Part shown: piece by piece, positions 58,770 to 64,000 of the stretch
Layout of the letters: every line of letters begins with the position of its first letter
How positions within the stretch are numbered: position 1 is the stretch's first letter
Assembly: GCA_964016885.1 (NCBI GenBank)
Contig: OZ024740.1
Coordinates: 273,730,001-273,794,000, forward strand
DNA length: 64,000 nucleotides
Direction of reading: 5' to 3'
Source of the DNA: Eledone cirrhosa
Lineage: Eukaryota
Notes under the pieces: model-generated
The model's database searches: none
Told to the model about the DNA's origin: nothing
Seen by the model: only the letters and a program-made list of their open reading frames with translations
Position numbers and translations under genes: made by a program

Positions 58770-61700
58770 TGTGTGTGAATGAGAGAGAGAAAGAGAAATC
58801 TGCTCTGCTTTAGGGCTGGTATTAATTCTGGACATGCAGCGGTATTACTTGAGCCCCTCGGCGAAGTAAAGATTTATTCGTACTTGCCAGATTAGTGATG
58901 TGGGAATTATTATATTGCTATACAATAACTTACACCTTGTGTAGACTATTATCATTATGACCATGTCCTAGAGACGCCAACCGGTCAAAAAATAGCAGTC
59001 AATTTAGAGTCAACATATTTAATGTATTAAAGAGAAAATCTAATTAATTTATTATATTTATGCAATGAGGAAAGGGAAATATATTTTTATTTCAAAATAC
59101 AATTAGTTTCTGTCTCATTAGAGTATCAACAAATATATACTGTATATATATGCGTGTGTCTCTGTGTGTGTGTGTACGTGTGTATGTGCTTGTGTTTGTG
59201 TGCACGTGTATGTTTATGTACGAATATACATGCACATAGTAAAGCGTATTCGTATATGCAATTATATCTAAGCATATGCTACACGAGCCACTACAAAAAT
59301 GCATTTATAGGTGTGTGCCCTCAAGTGATGTGTTCACACACCATGTGTTCGTTAATGTTAACTTACCAAAGAAGTGAGATGTATATGTTCAACATGACGA
59401 TTGTGTATTTATATATAAGCATTGACATGTTCCGTGCGTGTTGTTGTTATTGCTTATCCTCAGGCGACCTCTAAATGAGTAGATCTATGCTCAAAGTTAT
59501 GACCATTCTATCTTATTATTAGACATTTTAACAAGGAGTACATTATCTGACAATGTATCTTTCTTTACTTAAGACAGAGGATTTGGCTGCTGTTTCCAGA
59601 AGGTCTAGCACTACGTAGATTTTGCCTTATATATGTATGTTTATATATGTTAAATACCCTGTATTTGTGAGACACACTTCTATTTACATGGTCACACCTA
59701 ATTGTTTTAGTATCGTAATATAGTATTGGTGGCAGTCTCACTTTGCATAAACAGTTTTTTGTGCTCATAATATAAACTTCTTGATATGGTCAGCTTTGGA
59801 GAATAGCTGCAGCAAATTAAATTATTACCTATATCGTAGGGTTCAGGATGGTTAACAGATATCTAGCTTTAAAACACCTTGTTCTGCTGTGCTTGTTGCA
59901 TTCTTCTGTTCCAGTATTGTCACAGTGGTCTAAGATAGAAAGGAAACTTCACTGCAAACCACACACTTTTGTGTGATATATTGTAGCGATTGCCCCGTTT
60001 TGTGTTGAAGGAGATGGTATGAGTGTGTATGCAACAGAGAGAGTGTGAGAGCGAAAGAGATAGATAGATAGATAATATACGCCATTTGAATAGTTCCTGT
60101 TATTTGTTAGATTCCTTTGATTTATAGGTAATTAAGTACTGCATATGTATACATATTCCTTTATTATGGTTACGTAGTGAGTTGCTATTTTGGAGTTTCA
60201 TCTGTGAGTACACAGGCGAAACTTCAAAGAAGCAAGTCTCTAATAATTGTTTCTAATGAATCTGCTACTTGGTGACCTAGTATTTTATTTAAAAATATGC
60301 AGTGTAGATAGTTCCACATAAATTGCGCGACTATGGTAAGAAGCGCTCAGGTGAACTAGACAACAGAAGGTCTTCAGAGAAGACCCCACCCATCCTCAAG
60401 GAAGTGTTTCGACCCTTAACATATAGTACTAAATAGAATGTGTACAAGAAAACACAACAGGTGGAACACAAATTGATGAAAATTGGGCTGAAAATAAGTA
60501 TCACTTTTCCTTAAAAAAAAAAATGATTTTGTTTTCCTCTCTTTGTCATAGAGAGAACTAGAAATCTATAACATCATAATATATTTCACTATGAAACACG
60601 TGGAAGACTACTCGTACGTAGATATATCAAAACCTAAACGTTAGCGAATGATTGACGTCATTCTCCTAAAATTGTAGGAACGAATGATAAGCATATGCTC
60701 CTCTCTTCACACGGAAACATGACTACACAATGCACGTTTCTAATCATTCCTCTCTAGAACAAAAAACTTATAGAAGTCTTTAATCTTGTATCCAATAGAT
60801 TTTCAAACTGTAGCAATCTACAAGCTCTGTGATGGGTATGCTTATAGGAGGGACACCATCCTTCCGCATTTGACTTATAGAAAATAAGAGACAATATTGA
60901 TGAAGTGTATATAATCTTCTTACTGCAAGCTAATGATAAACAATTATAAATTGTAAAGTGTTTTGACTGCTCATGGCCATACACTATACCATTTATAAGT
61001 TACATGTTAATGCGCACGGATAGTGGGGGGCTGCGTTTTTGACAGTGTAATGCTTTTTTTAGGTAGACACGTTGCAGTGCAATTCTGGTGGCGGTATATA
61101 AATTAACAACACTTCAATTGATGATGTCACACAATCGGTTTAGACAGCAGGAACATTTACAGTGGCATTCTACTCCAACTTAAAATCGTCACAAACATGC
61201 ATACATATATACATACAAACACAAATACGTAAATAAAATATGTAGTTATTGGTGTTATGTATTGTTACAAGATCAATAAATAGCCCAAGCTAGTAAATTT
61301 TAATAATAAAACAATTATTTATTCATATGAAAATATCATTTATTCATATGAGTTTTGGTTGTTATATTTGTTATACAATCAGCAGTGCAGTTTGTGAATG
61401 AAGCAAAAATGTATCATCACATAGTAAAAATACATAAATACAGCAATATTTCGTTATTATAATTACTGGTCTGGTAAAGCTCACGGAAAAGGAGAATTAG
61501 TAGAATACTAACCGAAATATACTATGGTTGTAGTGTTGACGGCGATGACAATGTTGACGTCTCAACAAAATCTCCATGCAGTTTAAATGCACAACACAAA
61601 TACGATATCCAAGTGGCTAAAAAATGTAAGCAGAAAGATGCCCAGGAGTCATGGTATGAATGCGGCCTGGCACCTTTGTGTAAGGAGTTAAGAGCCGAAA

Positions 61701-63879
61701 GACTTACATGAGGTGGGCTTTATCTCGGAAGACCTACTGCTGTCCAGCTCTACTAAGGATCTCCTATCACTAATGTTTTCCAACATACATTCTATGTTAA
61801 AAACATACCAAAGTTTACTTTGACATTCATACATCTGGCATTTAATGAAATAAATTGTAGACAGGAACTTGGATCCTTACTGCTTCAACCAAATTCTTCC
61901 AGATTTGGAAATGGTATTATTTTATTGTATTATTTTATTTTTTCCTTTGTAAAAATTCATTGTTATTATATGAGTGAAGTGTTTTGGAGCGAGAGTTAAC
62001 TTTTCCAATTTCTCATCCACGAAAACATATAACTACTCTGTACCTGGTAAAAATGTGAAAAGAATTGTAAAATGTTTGATGCTCATAGAAAATCTAGTTA
62101 GACGTTATATCTGCCAATATGATAATATTTATTAATCATCATTTTCATCCCCCTCATCATCATCACTACCACCACCACCATCACCACCACCAGGATTAGT
62201 GCCATCATCATCATCTCCACCATCAATATCTGTTTATCTCACACTGACATGTTGGAGTAGAAATAAATTTAATTTCTGTTCAAAGGGTTGATAATAGAAT
62301 TAACCAATTATTTTTGTTTAATTTGGAATGTTCTCTTCCGTATATTTACTTCTATTTGGCTTTGATAGCATGTTCATATATTGATTTTTTTTTTACTTAG
62401 CACCAGGTCCAATTTTAGCAGAGGGGAATGTATAATTGAATCAATTAAAGACCTAATGAATTGCTTGTGGATATTTTATCGAGCCCAGAAGGAACAATAA
62501 ATCATGGTTAGCACCAGTAGGGTTTGAACAGATATGTAGAGGGTGAAATGCAATGTGAGTGTTACATGGCTTTGGTTGAAAGGCTATTCATTGAAATTGT
62601 AAAATTTGTAATAGGGATTTACTAGGGAGTGGCATGTTTAATGGATGAAATTAATTACTATTTGAGGGACCAACATCGGTTCCGACAGTGAGACAACGGA
62701 ACAGCCTATCCTTCAACTGAACAAGCATGTGACTGTGTATTTCACACATATGTGTACCTTTAATGTAGTTCTCAAAGAGATTCAGTGTTATTGAATGTGT
62801 GAAAGGCTGATTGAATCTTTCAATTACAGGTGCAACTCATTTCTTTCCGCTGAGTGAACTAGAGCAGTACAGTGAAAATGAAGTGAAATAAGGAGTCTTG
62901 TTCAAGGACTGCTAGGAATCTAATTCACGACCATTGAATTAAACAATGCGTGTTTATAATTTATTGGTATAACATTTCCAAAGAATGAAAACACGGTTTC
63001 GAAAAACAGCCGTAAATCAAAATAAATGTTTTCTAAATGTTGTACGTGCTCAGTGAAACCGATAAAAACCCACCCAAACACGACAATGACAAAAAAAACA
63101 AAAAACAAAAAAAAAACAGAGGCTAACTTCCAAGAAGAGGAATTTTGTTGAGCCGAGTTGATAATCTATCAGGAACATACATTGATTAATAACAGGAAGA
63201 TTTGTTGAATTTAAAAAAGGCTTTTAACCATGTATCGTGTACGGCATTGTACACTGGCTCATGAGAAAATATATCCTACTAAGAGTAAATGCCATAGAGT
63301 CATTATATAAACATGCAAAAAAGCGAATTATGTAGGAAATTATCCAAGTAACTAATTTATAAACACACACACACACAAACAGCCACAGACACACAAACAC
63401 ATTCATATACAGCATGTTATATGTATAGGGGTCGGGAGCAGAGCATATGGTGGAATTTAAAATGTTTTAATACTGAAATGGGAAATTGAATTCAAAATGT
63501 GTATATGAATTTCTACCATGACTTCTCGCCGGAGGTGGAGATATGACTTCATTGAGAAGTGGAGAGACACATTGGGGAAGTGGAAAATTAAGGCAACAAT
63601 GAAATAAAAAGTAAAAATTAAAAAGGGAGGTGGGACATTCAAACAAGACTCTAGAGATTGGAAAAAGTGTCAGAACGATTAAAAAGGTTTTTTAGAAGTA
63701 GGTTAGGGTTTTCGTGGCTGGCCACATTTTATCCTTGTATGTTATGGTTCTAGATGGTTCAGGTGCCATGAAAGTGTGGCTCTGTCTCAACGACTTTTAT
63801 CTAAGTTCTGTTCTGGGCAATGGAGCTAAGTCTGGTGTCATGGTTAGATTAGTATTGTTTTTTTAATGGAATACATATA

Positions 63880-63947
63880 CAGGGTGTCCCAAAAATATAT
63901 GCACATTAGAATGCTGTTGAAGTGTGTATACATTTTCTGTGGACACC

Positions 63948-63950
<3 letters not shown>
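63880..63950. mobile_element. Tc1/mariner-type MITE (71 bp)
   Basis: TA|CAGGGTGTCC...GGACACCCTG|TA; a possible second copy starts at ~63993. Confidence 0.75.
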
Positions 63951-63993
<43 letters not shown>

Positions 63994-64000
63994 TGGGTGT

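Overview
AT-rich eukaryotic, repeat-dense window. It is most likely a coleoid cephalopod (Octopus-like), inferred from the SINE families and the extreme (TA)n/(CA)n load. Almost all ORFs in the track are microsatellite noise. Recognisable content: a near full-length but frameshifted RLE-type LINE (R4/Dong-like, ~7.96-12.1 kb, minus); an internally deleted mariner (45.0-45.87 kb); two Helitron-like elements; hAT and Tc1/mariner MITEs; many tRNA-derived SINEs; and Penelope-like (PLE) ORF remnants. The main unexplained structure is a set of about ten fold-back (palindromic) insertions from several sequence families, mostly anchored in (TA)n tracts. Several carry minimal type I hammerhead ribozymes, or fold back inside one. 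One is a ~1.25 kb palindrome built from a ~480 bp tandem hammerhead unit (retrozyme-like). There is also a tentative two-exon gene, missed by the ORF track, for a secreted Cys-rich prepropeptide (36.5 kb + 54.1-54.6 kb). That model needs three single-base homopolymer corrections. All calls are by eye; no searches were run.
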